A stretch of 64,000 nt of DNA from a bacterium (GTDB lineage: Bacteria > Patescibacteriota > Minisyncoccia > UBA6257 > GWB1-50-10): contig JAUSKB010000011.1 in assembly GCA_030647415.1 (NCBI GenBank), positions 21,858 through 85,857 of the forward strand, given 5' to 3'. The translations under genes were made by a program, and so were the position numbers. The notes beneath the pieces are model-generated. The model saw nothing but the letters and a program-made list of their open reading frames with translations. It was not told the origin of the DNA and ran no database searches. This document shows, one piece after another, positions 28,340-38,186 of this stretch; positions within the stretch are counted from its first letter, which is position 1; each line of letters starts with the position of its first letter.

Positions 28340-28972
28340 TTAATGCGCCCTTTGTATTATATAATGCCGCTTGTATTGCCTAAGGGTTCGATAGAGATGC
28401 AGGGGGTTCAGGTTGTAGGCGACGCTCCTTATGAACACCGTTCGTTTTAGTTTGCCGTGATCAATCGTACCCCTATAAGCGAGGAGGTCGTCGTAGGACT
28501 TTGGCGTGAGATCAGGGCGGAGGTGATAGTTTTTAAAGGAAAACACCAGGAACCCCATATCCTCAAACTCTTGTGGGGTAAATCCGCACCGATGCGAGAG
28601 ATATGGGTTCTCGTTATCTTCCCGCATGAACCCAGAGGGAGTCCCGATGAGTATGGACTTCGCCATAAAGAGATACTTGGTAATGAGTTTCATGGACTCG
28701 TCTTTGGGAAGATATTCGACGATCTGAAACATACTTACGAAGTCGAAGTATTTATCCGTCGTCCATGTGACAACATCTGCATGTTCAAACTCGAACCCGC
28801 AAGGAAGCATTGGATTCTCGCAGATGTCTATCCCCAACCCCTCTTTGGGGGTGAAACCGATTTGTTCTAAAAATCTCCCGTCTCCGCAGGCGACATCAAG
28901 CCAACCCCGCACGTTCTCACGTTCGAGTATCCATCTCACCACCAAACTTGTAGGAACTCCGTAAATATTCAT
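28340..28972 (-). CDS. Class I SAM-dependent methyltransferase
   Basis: WLDVACGDG, GIDI, FDFV....VEY, GTP. Confidence 0.8.
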   Translation of the reverse strand: MNIYGVPTSLVVRWILERENVRGWLDVACGDGRFLEQIGFTPKEGLGIDICENPMLPCGFEFEHADVVTWTTDKYFDFVSMFQIVEYLPKDESMKLITKYLFMAKSILIGTPSGFMREDNENPYLSHRCGFTPQEFEDMGFLVFSFKNYHLRPDLTPKSYDDLLAYRGTIDHGKLKRTVFIRSVAYNLNPLHLYRTLRQYKRHYIIQRAH

Positions 28973-29070
28973 AGTAAAAATACTTATTCAATATGTGGCC
29001 GCACAAGGGCGAGGAAAAAGAGATGGTCTTCGCCTCGTGAAAAAAGAAGGGGGGCTATCACTCATCCCGC

Positions 29071-30087
29071 TTACGCCTCGAGTGCGCCGAGATGTTCCTG
29101 CATATCCTTCGGTAGCCCCTTAAAATACGCGACTGCGTCTTCTACAACCCGCTTCCTGTCGAATTTCGGTTTCCAACCCAGCTCGTTCATGGCGCGGCTC
29201 GCATCCGGGAATTTGTCGTTCGCCTCCTCGAAGAACGAACCGTAGATCGTCTTTGGGTCAACGTAGACCTTGCCGGCCCCCTTCACACACGCAAGAACGG
29301 TTTCCGCAAGTTCGTTGATAGAACATTTGTTTGCCGGATTTCCGATGTTATACACGTTGCCGTCCTTTCCTTTATCCATGGTGAGAACGATCGAGTCCAC
29401 AATATCCTCGACGTGTGTGAACGCGCGAAGCGCGGTTCCATCCCCGAATATCGTGAGCGGTTTGCCGGAGATCGCCTGCGCGACAAAACGAGCGAGTACG
29501 AATCCCCCCTTTCCTGATTGTCGGGGCCCTGCGACATTGAATGGCCGCACGATCTTCGCATGAACCCCTTTCACGTCGGCGGTGTTCAGGAGCGCTATCT
29601 CCGCCGCCAATTTTCCTGCGGAATATTCCAAACGGGCGGAATGTTTTGCCTTCACAATCCTCGGCATCTCCTCGGAACACAGCCCTTCCTGTCCCCCTCC
29701 ATAGATCTCACTTGTTGATACATCGAGAAGTTTCGCGTCGTTCTTGAGCGCCATTTTGGTGAGTAAGAACGAATCGGAAACGATCTCATGTGCTATCTCA
29801 CCCGCTCGCGGGATGACGCCCGCCGGCCCGACGATTGACGCAAGGTGGTATATCTCCGAAAAAACGGATGTATCGACGTCCGGTTTCGTGCAAAAATCGT
29901 TCACCGAAGCAATCGTGTACGAAAGATTTTTTGGTTTTCCGAGCTCCTCCAAAAGAAATTCGAGCGGCAACGGGCTCGAAGAAAGATTATCCACGACGTG
30001 GACGTGGTTATCTTTTTCTTCAAGCAAACGCTCAATGAGATGGCTTCCAATAAAGCCGAATCCGCCGGTAACAAGGATGTTCTTCAT
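29071..30087 (-). CDS. NAD-dependent epimerase/dehydratase (UXS-like SDR)
   Basis: VTGGFGFIGSHL, STSEIYG, YSAGK, RPFNVAGPRQ. Confidence 0.9.
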   Translation of the reverse strand: MKNILVTGGFGFIGSHLIERLLEEKDNHVHVVDNLSSSPLPLEFLLEELGKPKNLSYTIASVNDFCTKPDVDTSVFSEIYHLASIVGPAGVIPRAGEIAHEIVSDSFLLTKMALKNDAKLLDVSTSEIYGGGQEGLCSEEMPRIVKAKHSARLEYSAGKLAAEIALLNTADVKGVHAKIVRPFNVAGPRQSGKGGFVLARFVAQAISGKPLTIFGDGTALRAFTHVEDIVDSIVLTMDKGKDGNVYNIGNPANKCSINELAETVLACVKGAGKVYVDPKTIYGSFFEEANDKFPDASRAMNELGWKPKFDRKRVVEDAVAYFKGLPKDMQEHLGALEA

Positions 30088-30137
30088 GGTTTTGAGCTTA
30101 CCTTACTATTTTAAAAAATCAAGGAAAAACGGCTGGA

Positions 30138-30878
30138 TCACTCTTCCTTTTTTAGATATTCCTCCACTTCGCGATACCGCTCCGGCGTGCCAATATCTTT
30201 GCGGAACTCGCCCGGCTGAAGCTTGTATGCAAAGTAGCTGTACCCGCGGCGTAAAAGATCGGGCACAAGCTGGTGGTCAATTTCGTAATACGTCTTGGGT
30301 GGAATGTACTGCAAGATCTTCTTTGAAAAAATATACGGCGCAGACATTCCCCAGTAATCTTTCGGGAGTTCCTTGTGCGGCCTTAAAAGAAGCCGAACCA
30401 CGTTGCCGTCGCTATCCAAGATCGCCAGGTCGGAATCATGCGGATGGTCGGTGCGTCGCGCCGTACCTATGCCAATTGCGCCTTTTTTTAAAGAATAAAA
30501 GTCAATTAAATTCTCATAATCAATCCCATAAAATGTATCTGCGTAGAGCACAAAAAAAAGTTCACCGAGCATCCCGTCGAAATCTTTAATTCCTCCCGCG
30601 GTCCCCAAAATTTCAGGGCTTTCAAGCGCATAGATAATTTTGACACCCCATTTTGATCCATCTCCGAAATAACCCTGGATCACGTCTGGTAGGTAATGTA
30701 AATTAACAAAAAATTCACTGACCCCGTATTTTTTAAGCGTCTCAATGTGCCACTCAAGAAGCGGCTTGCCCAAAAGCGGGACCATTACTTTCGGGATGTT
30801 CATGTTCTCGGTCAGAGCCCGCATTCGCGTGCCAAACCCGGCCGAAAGCAATACTGCTTGGATGATTTTATTTTGCAT
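30138..30878 (-). CDS. Sugar-1-phosphate nucleotidyltransferase (HddC-like)
   Basis: LSAGFGTRM...PKVM, LGTAGG, DIGTPE; adjacent to gmhB/gmhA/hddA. Confidence 0.85.
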   Translation of the reverse strand: MQNKIIQAVLLSAGFGTRMRALTENMNIPKVMVPLLGKPLLEWHIETLKKYGVSEFFVNLHYLPDVIQGYFGDGSKWGVKIIYALESPEILGTAGGIKDFDGMLGELFFVLYADTFYGIDYENLIDFYSLKKGAIGIGTARRTDHPHDSDLAILDSDGNVVRLLLRPHKELPKDYWGMSAPYIFSKKILQYIPPKTYYEIDHQLVPDLLRRGYSYFAYKLQPGEFRKDIGTPERYREVEEYLKKEE

Positions 30879-31422
30879 GTCGTGTGATGATACGAACGGC
30901 TGCCTGCAAATTGCGGGCGACAAAATCCGGTTTTGCGCCGTAGTCGATATCCTTTCCTCCGTACCCGGTCGCGACGAGTATCGTCCTCACGCCTGCCTTC
31001 TTGCCGGCCGCGACATCACGGCCGCTATCGCCGATCACCCACGAGGCCCGCGGATCGATCCCAAACTCGCGAACCGCTTTCTGAATCATGCCGATGCCCG
31101 GCTTCCTGCAACGACATCTGATGCGGTACTTTTTAAGATTTGCATTCGGGTGATGTGGACAGTAATAGATGGCATCGATTTTTGCACCGCGCTTTGCAAG
31201 CCGGCGGATAAGGACATCATGGATATATTCAACTTCTTTCTCGGTAAGCCATCCGCGAGCAATGACCGGCTGGTTGGTAATCACAACCACTAACAACCGC
31301 AGCTGGTTTAATTTTTTTATTGCTTTTGCCGCTCCGGGCAAAAGACGAAGCTGCCGGACATCCCGCAAGACATTGACCTCACGGTTAATGGTCCCGTCGC
31401 GGTCAAGAAAAACGGCTTTCAT
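30868..31422 (-). CDS. gmhB: Heptose-1,7-bisphosphate phosphatase
   Basis: FLDRDGTIN, ITNQ, CPHHP...CRCRKP, IGD...D. Confidence 0.92.
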   Translation of the reverse strand: MKAVFLDRDGTINREVNVLRDVRQLRLLPGAAKAIKKLNQLRLLVVVITNQPVIARGWLTEKEVEYIHDVLIRRLAKRGAKIDAIYYCPHHPNANLKKYRIRCRCRKPGIGMIQKAVREFGIDPRASWVIGDSGRDVAAGKKAGVRTILVATGYGGKDIDYGAKPDFVARNLQAAVRIITRHAK

Positions 31423-32018
31423 TAGGGATGCTCAACTAAATGGTTAAAATATTCCTTAAAGTACCTCGTCATTAGATGCATAATCGTGTCGTGCGTGCTC
31501 TCGACGATTTCATAGTCACCTTTTGGTGTCGGAACGAGAATTTTTACATCCGCAAGCTCATTCAGCTTTCCCCCGTCAAATCCGGAAAGTCCGATCACCG
31601 GCACTTTGTGCCTTTTTGCGACCTCAACGGCTTTAATGATATTCGGTGAATTCCCGGAACTTGAGATTGCAATCACCACATCCGTATCTTCAAGTACGTT
31701 CTCAAGCGGCCTCGCAAAGATCATATCGTAGCCCACGTCATTCGCCCATGCGGTGAGCTCCTCTGCGCTTGAGGGAATACGGCTCACCCGAAACCGCCTG
31801 CTGTGCTCTTCCAGGTGGTGACTGAAGATTGTCTTGTTAAAATCCGTCACCCAGTGCCCGGCAATCGCCCACGAACCGCCGTTGCCAAATACGTATACGC
31901 GGCCGTTCCGTTCATAGACAGCTTGTAAAATATTAAGCGCCTTCGCAACCTCTTTATGAGGCATGCTCTGGATCGCCTCGATGGACCTTTTCGAAAACTC
32001 GTCGATGAATTCTTTCAT
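31422..32018 (-). CDS. gmhA: Phosphoheptose isomerase (SIS domain)
   Basis: GNGGS, TAWANDVGY, ISSSGNSPN, VESTH. Start MKEFIDE at 32018. Confidence 0.88.
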   Translation of the reverse strand: MKEFIDEFSKRSIEAIQSMPHKEVAKALNILQAVYERNGRVYVFGNGGSWAIAGHWVTDFNKTIFSHHLEEHSRRFRVSRIPSSAEELTAWANDVGYDMIFARPLENVLEDTDVVIAISSSGNSPNIIKAVEVAKRHKVPVIGLSGFDGGKLNELADVKILVPTPKGDYEIVESTHDTIMHLMTRYFKEYFNHLVEHP

Positions 32019-32049
32019 TTCGTGGTCGTGATTACTATTGTGGTGCGCG

Positions 32050-33057
32050 CTACTTCGTATCCCCGTTAAACAAAATCTCTGCGCCCGACTGTACGAACCG
32101 TACCGGAATCTCTTGAAAGTCGGTAAGATTATTGGCTGCCGCAACTCTCTTGACTGCTTCCCGCACTGCCGTTTTCTTATCCTCGGGCGCAAGGAACATC
32201 ACACATCCGCCGCCGCCTGCACCTGCAATCTTCCCGCCCCATGCGCCCGCGTTCATACCGGCATCATACAACCCATCAATTACGCCGCTTGAAATGTTCG
32301 AGGCTAAGCTCTTTTTCTTAAGCCATCCCTCGTGTAGCATGGTGCCCAGCCCCCTGAAGTCGCCTTGAACCAACCGCGACCTAAACTCCGGCACCGAATC
32401 CGCCATCTGTTTCAACGTTTCGAATTTTTTATTAATATTTGCTTTCTGCTCGGTCAAAATGCTCGAGGCGTGGCGTGTGATACCCGTAAAGAAAACGAGG
32501 GTGTGACTTTCAAGACCGAGCCGTTTTTTGTAATCCAATAGCACCGGTTCAACGGTCACCGTATCGTCAGGATTAAATTTAATCACGTTAAAGCCCCCAA
32601 ACGCAGCTGCGTATTGATCCTGCCTGCCGATCGGTTCGCCCACAAGTTCAATCTCGAGCCGCGACGCGGCCTCAGCAGCTTCGCCTTTATCGATTTTCTT
32701 TCCAACATATGCATTGAGCCCCTTCATGAGCGCGACGGAAAAACTCGACGACGAGCCGAGTCCGGTTTTTGCTGGAAGATGCGCAAAAGAAGCGATCTCA
32801 ATGTTCTTTTGAATCCCCATGTCAATGAGCGCCGCCTTGATCCGCGTATGCTTCAACTCGTCCGCAAAATCAACGGTTTCAGAAACTGAATACCGTGCAG
32901 AAACCTTATGAATCAGCGGCGTGCGGTTAATTACGACGTAGACGAATTTGTCGATGGCAGTCGAAATCACGCTTCCGGGATAGCGGTGATAAAAATCGGC
33001 GAGATCGGTTCCTCCTCCCACAAAGCTGATGCGAAGCGGCGCGCGCGAAATAATCAT
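32050..33057 (-). CDS. hddA: GHMP kinase, heptose-7-phosphate kinase
   Basis: MIISRAPLRISFVGGGTD, GLGSSS, GRQDQY, GGKIAGAGGGG. Confidence 0.9.
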   Translation of the reverse strand: MIISRAPLRISFVGGGTDLADFYHRYPGSVISTAIDKFVYVVINRTPLIHKVSARYSVSETVDFADELKHTRIKAALIDMGIQKNIEIASFAHLPAKTGLGSSSSFSVALMKGLNAYVGKKIDKGEAAEAASRLEIELVGEPIGRQDQYAAAFGGFNVIKFNPDDTVTVEPVLLDYKKRLGLESHTLVFFTGITRHASSILTEQKANINKKFETLKQMADSVPEFRSRLVQGDFRGLGTMLHEGWLKKKSLASNISSGVIDGLYDAGMNAGAWGGKIAGAGGGGCVMFLAPEDKKTAVREAVKRVAAANNLTDFQEIPVRFVQSGAEILFNGDTK

Positions 33058-33140
33058 TACAATAGCAGAGTACAAAAACCGCGGCTGGGCGTCAATGTTG
33101 GACCACTGCCGCACTGCAAACAAGTAGAATTCGCACGCTC

Positions 33141-34259
33141 TTAACCGACAACACCCAAATCCTTCAACTTTTTCGCCGTATGCCGGACAAATCCAAGATC
33201 AAACTTCTCGGTCTTTATCCATCGCATGTAATCTCGGATCGCTTTTTCGGGTCGGTAGCGAGGCCGCCAACCGAGTCCTTTGAGTTTCGAAATATCGGAA
33301 ACCGCGTGGCGCGTATCGGTCCTCCTGAATCCCCCTACAACGATCGGCGAGGGCGTTCCGGTGATGTGTTTGACCATCTTTGCAAAATCGAGGACGCGGT
33401 ACCCTTTTCCGCAACCCACGTTAAAGATCTGATAATCGGCTTTTTTGTTCTGCATGACAAGCATATTCGCGGCGACAACGTCGGCAACATTCACAAAATC
33501 CCGAAGCTGCTTCCCGTCCTCATACACCGTGATGGGAAGCCCTGCGAGCGCTTGTGTTACGAAAATGCGGAGCGCCCCGGAATACGCGTTCAGCGGAGAC
33601 TGGCGAGGGCCTTGGACGATCGAGTATCGAAGCGCTACCGTCGGGATGGTGTGTGTTTTGCCAAAACGGAATGCCAACTGCTCAAGCGCTATCTTTGAAA
33701 GGCTGTACGCGTTCGGAGGAGAGGCAAGCTGGTTTTCGCGGAACGGAAAGAACTTCGCGGGCTTTCCGTGCTCGCATAAAATCGGCCACGTCGCTTTTTC
33801 CTTTTGCGCGGCAGGACGAAGTTCCGGATAAAAAATCTTCCCCGAATGGCGGCATTGGTACTTCCCGTCCCCGTACACAAACTGGGAGCTGGCGAGCACG
33901 ATTTTTTTTACCGGAAATCTTTTCTCGGCGATCACTTCGTACATCATCGCCGTCCCAGCTGTGTTGATGTGGAAAAAAGTGCTGAAGTCCGGCAATTGAT
34001 CCTGATATGCCGCCAGGTGAAACACATAGTCAATCCCTTGTAGCGCCCTCACCCAATCTTTTTTGTTTCGAACATCGCCCTTGATCAGTTCGAACCCCTT
34101 GCCCAGCACATACTTCGGCCATCGATCCGTATGCACCGGTTTTAAGAGGCAGTCCAAAATCCGCGCCGTGTATCCTTTGGCTTTAAGCGCGTCAGCGGTG
34201 TGACTTCCGATAAACCCCGCACCACCGGTAATTAAAACCTTTTGCTTTTGGTTATTCAT
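33141..34259 (-). CDS. NAD-dependent epimerase/dehydratase
   Basis: ITGGAGFIGSH, ASS..VYG, YSLSK, GPRQS, EDG.QLRDFV. Confidence 0.92.
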   Translation of the reverse strand: MNNQKQKVLITGGAGFIGSHTADALKAKGYTARILDCLLKPVHTDRWPKYVLGKGFELIKGDVRNKKDWVRALQGIDYVFHLAAYQDQLPDFSTFFHINTAGTAMMYEVIAEKRFPVKKIVLASSQFVYGDGKYQCRHSGKIFYPELRPAAQKEKATWPILCEHGKPAKFFPFRENQLASPPNAYSLSKIALEQLAFRFGKTHTIPTVALRYSIVQGPRQSPLNAYSGALRIFVTQALAGLPITVYEDGKQLRDFVNVADVVAANMLVMQNKKADYQIFNVGCGKGYRVLDFAKMVKHITGTPSPIVVGGFRRTDTRHAVSDISKLKGLGWRPRYRPEKAIRDYMRWIKTEKFDLGFVRHTAKKLKDLGVVG

Positions 34260-34299
34260 GCCAGAGAAGATGCAAACTATGCAGGTGGTGCGGGGTGAA

Positions 34300-34329
34300 T
34301 CACGCGCCGCCGGTAATTAAAACCCGCAT
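34300..34329 (-). pseudogene. Orphan 5' fragment of an epimerase (MRVLITGGA*)
   Basis: ATG CGG GTT TTA ATT ACC GGC GGC GCG TGA. Shares ccggtaattaaaacc with the intact gene start ~85 bp away. Confidence 0.7.
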
Positions 34330-34365
34330 AGTGTGTTCACAATGAGTTTACCGTTCCGCACATTT

Positions 34366-35571
34366 TTATGGAATACTGAACTCTCGACGGAGTACCCCCA
34401 ACAATCGCACAGTAAAAGCTTCTCGCGAAAGCTCCTTTTGCGCTCGCTCTGCCGCCGCCAAGCCCATCCTCTCTCGCAACCGAACGTCCGTTGTAAGACG
34501 CACGAGCGCGTTAGCGAAACCTCTCGTATCATCGCTCGGGAGAAGGATGCCCGCGTCTCCCACGACCTCCGGCAGTGAACCTTCTCCGTACGCCACCGTC
34601 GGCAATCCCGCCGCCATACCCTCTATTACCGTGTAACCGAATGTTTCCGATTCGGAAGTGCTGATGGCGATATCAGAAGCGGAGTAAAACTCGCGTACCT
34701 CATGGGATTTAACCTCGCCAATCCGTAGGCAGCGGCCACGAAACTCATCGCTCTCTGCGAGCTCGTCGAGCGGCGCTGCAGCAATACCTCGGCCCACGAA
34801 CAGAAATTTGGCATTCGCCTTCGGCAGCGAATCGTAATACTGGCGCACAATGGCTGGTACGCGGTCCGCTCTCTTTTTTGGGGCAAAATTTGAAATGTAC
34901 GTTATGAGCACCTCATCTCTATCCAACCCCAAAGCCCGCCGCCGCTGAACGCGCGCTTCTTCATCCCGACGGTACCCCGCCACATCTGTCGGCTGATAAA
35001 TCACGTAGGACTCCAACTCTTTGGGGTCTATCTTGCGTTCCGCAGCCAACTCCGTGAGGGTGTAACGAGAGTTGATAAGGGGGATACCGGTCTCCCGGCG
35101 CAGTAACCCCAGCTGCATACGACCTAAAAACGGCTTCTGCCACAAGAGTACTTCTAAACTTGAGCGTGGATGCCGTAAAAGATGACCTAGGCCAAAATGC
35201 CAACCTGCTTCGGGCCCGATAAATAAGCACGCCACTGGCGCCTTCGGCAACCACGAAAAACACGTTAGGGGCTGGTCAGATATATACAAATCCTGCGGCG
35301 GCATTTTCTTGAGTCGGCTTCTGATCTTGAGCGCCCAAGGAATTCCAGATTCAGCCAGACTTACAAAACTGCGCCAAGGCAAGTCTATATACTGCACCTT
35401 CGGAGAACCTATCGGCGGCGTGCCCGTTTCACCCTTATATCGTACCGCAAAAACAGTTAAGTTAATGGGCAACGCGTCCAGTATGTGGAAAAATTCTTTC
35501 CCGCAATGTATCGCCCCGCCTGTCGCTCTCCCTTCGTATCCAAAATCCGTGATTAAGGTTACGTTCTTCAT
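34366..35571 (-). CDS. GT4 glycosyltransferase
   Basis: KKR, FVGRG, SESETFGYTVIEGMAAGLP. Confidence 0.88.
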   Translation of the reverse strand: MKNVTLITDFGYEGRATGGAIHCGKEFFHILDALPINLTVFAVRYKGETGTPPIGSPKVQYIDLPWRSFVSLAESGIPWALKIRSRLKKMPPQDLYISDQPLTCFSWLPKAPVACLFIGPEAGWHFGLGHLLRHPRSSLEVLLWQKPFLGRMQLGLLRRETGIPLINSRYTLTELAAERKIDPKELESYVIYQPTDVAGYRRDEEARVQRRRALGLDRDEVLITYISNFAPKKRADRVPAIVRQYYDSLPKANAKFLFVGRGIAAAPLDELAESDEFRGRCLRIGEVKSHEVREFYSASDIAISTSESETFGYTVIEGMAAGLPTVAYGEGSLPEVVGDAGILLPSDDTRGFANALVRLTTDVRLRERMGLAAAERAQKELSREAFTVRLLGVLRREFSIP

Positions 35572-35577
35572 GGAAGA

Positions 35578-36192
35578 TTATTTCCTTGCTATCCCGATGA
35601 TGTGTTCTCCTGTATAAAACGCCCCCTTCCAAAACCGCCACGCCTTTATCCTCCCGAGGCCCCTAAAACAGCCATGGCTTTTGACTAGTACGCTATCAAA
35701 ATCTGCCCGGCGCAACGCTCGCGCGATGCTTTGTCTTGTGTACGGATGAATGTGCGTTGGGTCATCATAAAATTCGCTCGGGTGTTTCTTCCAATCGGGA
35801 ACCATGATGAAAAGTGTACCCCCTGCACGCAAAATCCGATACGCTTCATCCAAAAGATGAAATGGGCTTGGAAGATGCTCGAGGATATGCGAACAATTAA
35901 CTATGTCAAAAGAACCATCCTGGAACGGAAATGTATCTTTGGTCGCATCGAATCTCGTAAAATCAATTCCGTTTTCTTTAAATATCGCTTCCGCAGTGTT
36001 TTCGATATCGGCAGTGAAAAGGTTTTTATACCCAAGTTCTTTCAGAACTATCAAAAAATCGCCATAACCAGACCCCACGTCCATTATTTTTGCCTCTTTT
36101 GAGGGAAAATATTCCTGGGCCTGATACGAGGTGAAAACCCGCATGAATTCACTCACCGGCACGGGAGTGCCATCTGGAAAATATTTTTGCAT
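35578..36192 (-). CDS. Type 11 SAM methyltransferase
   Basis: MDVGSGYG, FPFQDGSFD...SHILEHL, RILRAGG, DPTH. Confidence 0.9.
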   Translation of the reverse strand: MQKYFPDGTPVPVSEFMRVFTSYQAQEYFPSKEAKIMDVGSGYGDFLIVLKELGYKNLFTADIENTAEAIFKENGIDFTRFDATKDTFPFQDGSFDIVNCSHILEHLPSPFHLLDEAYRILRAGGTLFIMVPDWKKHPSEFYDDPTHIHPYTRQSIARALRRADFDSVLVKSHGCFRGLGRIKAWRFWKGAFYTGEHIIGIARK

Positions 36193-36198
36193 ATTTTC

Positions 36199-37149
36199 TT
36201 ATATGACCGCACTCAATGCGGGCGGCTTGTAGGTGCGATTGAGCCGTTTTATGTAGAACCACCCCTGCCATTCACCAACACACCGAGCGAGCCGGTGCAA
36301 AAAGTATGCGTAGTAGAGCGGGAAAAAGTCGCGGCCCGGGTGGTCAAGATACTTCGCGAGCTTTCCCGTTTCCACGAGTGCCGGCACGATGAGCACAAAA
36401 TGAAAGAAGGTCAGCGTGGACTTAACAACGAACTTGACGAACAGGTAAAGCGGGGTCCGGCGGAAAAGGAAGTATGGCTGGAAAGCTGACCAGCGCCCCC
36501 GCTCTTTTTGCACCCTCCAGTACTCATTAAAATTATCGGGCGAAATGTGGCCGACAATGATGGAACGGTCGATCATTTTCTTACACCCTTGTGCCTCCAT
36601 TTTTTTCACGAGCGTCCAATCGCGGCAAATATTCACCGGGTAATCCGCGCCCGAGATGCCGCCCACCGCAAGCGCCGCATCCCGCCGTACGGAATACCCC
36701 TGGGTGGTGTAGGGGTTGTAGCCGGGCTTGTTCGCCACAATCAGGTGTTGTACCTGGACAAAGCGTGAGTAGATCGAATCAAGATTCGAGGACGACTCCA
36801 CCATCACGTAGTCATACCCCTTTTCGTAGTATGGAAGTATCTTCTCCAAGTAGTGGGGCTCAAGCTTCGTGTCCGCAGTCAAAAAAACAATGACGTCGCC
36901 CGTCGCCTTCTGCATAGCCACATTCCTCGCCTGGCAGCATCCATGCCCCGGCCCGTCGATAAGGATCACGCCCCGGTCCTTATATTCGCGGATAATATCT
37001 TTCGTGCGGTCCGTGGAGTCATCGGCAAAAATAATCTCCTTGTACGGGTAGGTTTGCTCGAGGGCGGTTTCGATGGTAACGCGAACATCCTTCTCCTCGT
37101 TCTTACTTGCGCAGAGAAGGGTGAACTTGATCGGGTGATTCGTTGGCAT
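36199..37149 (-). CDS. GT2 glycosyltransferase
   Basis: KNEE, DDSTD.T, ARN.....ATGD....LTAD. Confidence 0.88.
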   Translation of the reverse strand: MPTNHPIKFTLLCASKNEEKDVRVTIETALEQTYPYKEIIFADDSTDRTKDIIREYKDRGVILIDGPGHGCCQARNVAMQKATGDVIVFLTADTKLEPHYLEKILPYYEKGYDYVMVESSSNLDSIYSRFVQVQHLIVANKPGYNPYTTQGYSVRRDAALAVGGISGADYPVNICRDWTLVKKMEAQGCKKMIDRSIIVGHISPDNFNEYWRVQKERGRWSAFQPYFLFRRTPLYLFVKFVVKSTLTFFHFVLIVPALVETGKLAKYLDHPGRDFFPLYYAYFLHRLARCVGEWQGWFYIKRLNRTYKPPALSAVI

Positions 37150-37193
37150 ATTAAAAGGATATCAAAATCTATTTTTGGTGTCTACCGGCCGTA

Positions 37194-38186
37194 TTATTTC
37201 GGATTATTCAGGTACCAATCGTACGTTCTCTTCAGGCCCTCATCAAGCGAGATCTCTGGCTTCCACCCGACGAGTTTTTGTAATTTTGAAACATCCGCAA
37301 GCCGGCGCTTCACGCTCCCGGGTGGAGAGGATTGTATATCCAAAGACTTCGGATGCCACCCGACGATTTGAAACATCTTCTCCACAAGGTCTTTCATCGT
37401 GATCTCGGTGAAATCGCCGATATGCACGGTCTCGATCGGTTGCCCGTCGGTCTTTGAGGAATCCATGAGCATCCGCATCGCCCGGACTGCGTCGTCAATA
37501 TAACAGAACGTTCGAGTGTCGTCGGCACCATAAATAGGGAATGGATCAACGTGGGCGGCGATACGACCGCAGAAGTCAGGTATCACGTGCCCATCATAAC
37601 CGGCGCGAGGACCATAGAAGTTATGCGGTCTTACGATAAGAGCCCGGAAATTATATGCTTTCGCATAGTGGATAACGAACAGCTCCCCCACCAATTTGGT
37701 CGACCCATACGACCATCGCGGGTTGTAGGGGTTGTCTATCACAAGCGGAACCTTCTCCGGCGTGGGAATAGGCAGGACACCAAAGGCGCTCAATCCGCCT
37801 GCGTAGGCCTCGTTGGAGGATGTAAAACAGAACTTTCCGTCATGGTTCTTCTTTACGAGCCAATCCAACATGTACACAAGCGTGAGAATGTTCACCCGCA
37901 AGACCTCATGGGGAATCTCGTAGAAAAGCTTGGTGCCGTTAATCGCCGCGAGGTGATACACGTGCCCATAGCCGCTCCCAAGCTTTTCATAGGAGGAGAG
38001 GTCCGTGAGGTCCAGATTCAATAACTGTATCCTCGGGTTCTTCACGAGCTCCTCAAAGTCGTGGTCCATCTTCCCTCTCCGGAAGTTGTCTACTAAAACA
38101 ATCTCGCTATCGGTAGTTTGAACGAGGTACTTCGCGAGATGATAACCTATAAATCCAGCTCCACCGGTTATAAGAACCTTCATCAT
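37194..38186 (-). CDS. NAD-dependent epimerase/dehydratase
   Basis: ITGGAGFIG, HLAAINGT, PRWSYGSTK, RPHNFYGPR; ATGA-coupled start. Confidence 0.92.
   Translation of the reverse strand: MMKVLITGGAGFIGYHLAKYLVQTTDSEIVLVDNFRRGKMDHDFEELVKNPRIQLLNLDLTDLSSYEKLGSGYGHVYHLAAINGTKLFYEIPHEVLRVNILTLVYMLDWLVKKNHDGKFCFTSSNEAYAGGLSAFGVLPIPTPEKVPLVIDNPYNPRWSYGSTKLVGELFVIHYAKAYNFRALIVRPHNFYGPRAGYDGHVIPDFCGRIAAHVDPFPIYGADDTRTFCYIDDAVRAMRMLMDSSKTDGQPIETVHIGDFTEITMKDLVEKMFQIVGWHPKSLDIQSSPPGSVKRRLADVSKLQKLVGWKPEISLDEGLKRTYDWYLNNPK

Noticed and set aside
34300-34302. TGA read as Gly (genetic code 25)
   Set aside because: Many intact genes here end in TGA, including ATGA-coupled pairs, so code 11 applies.
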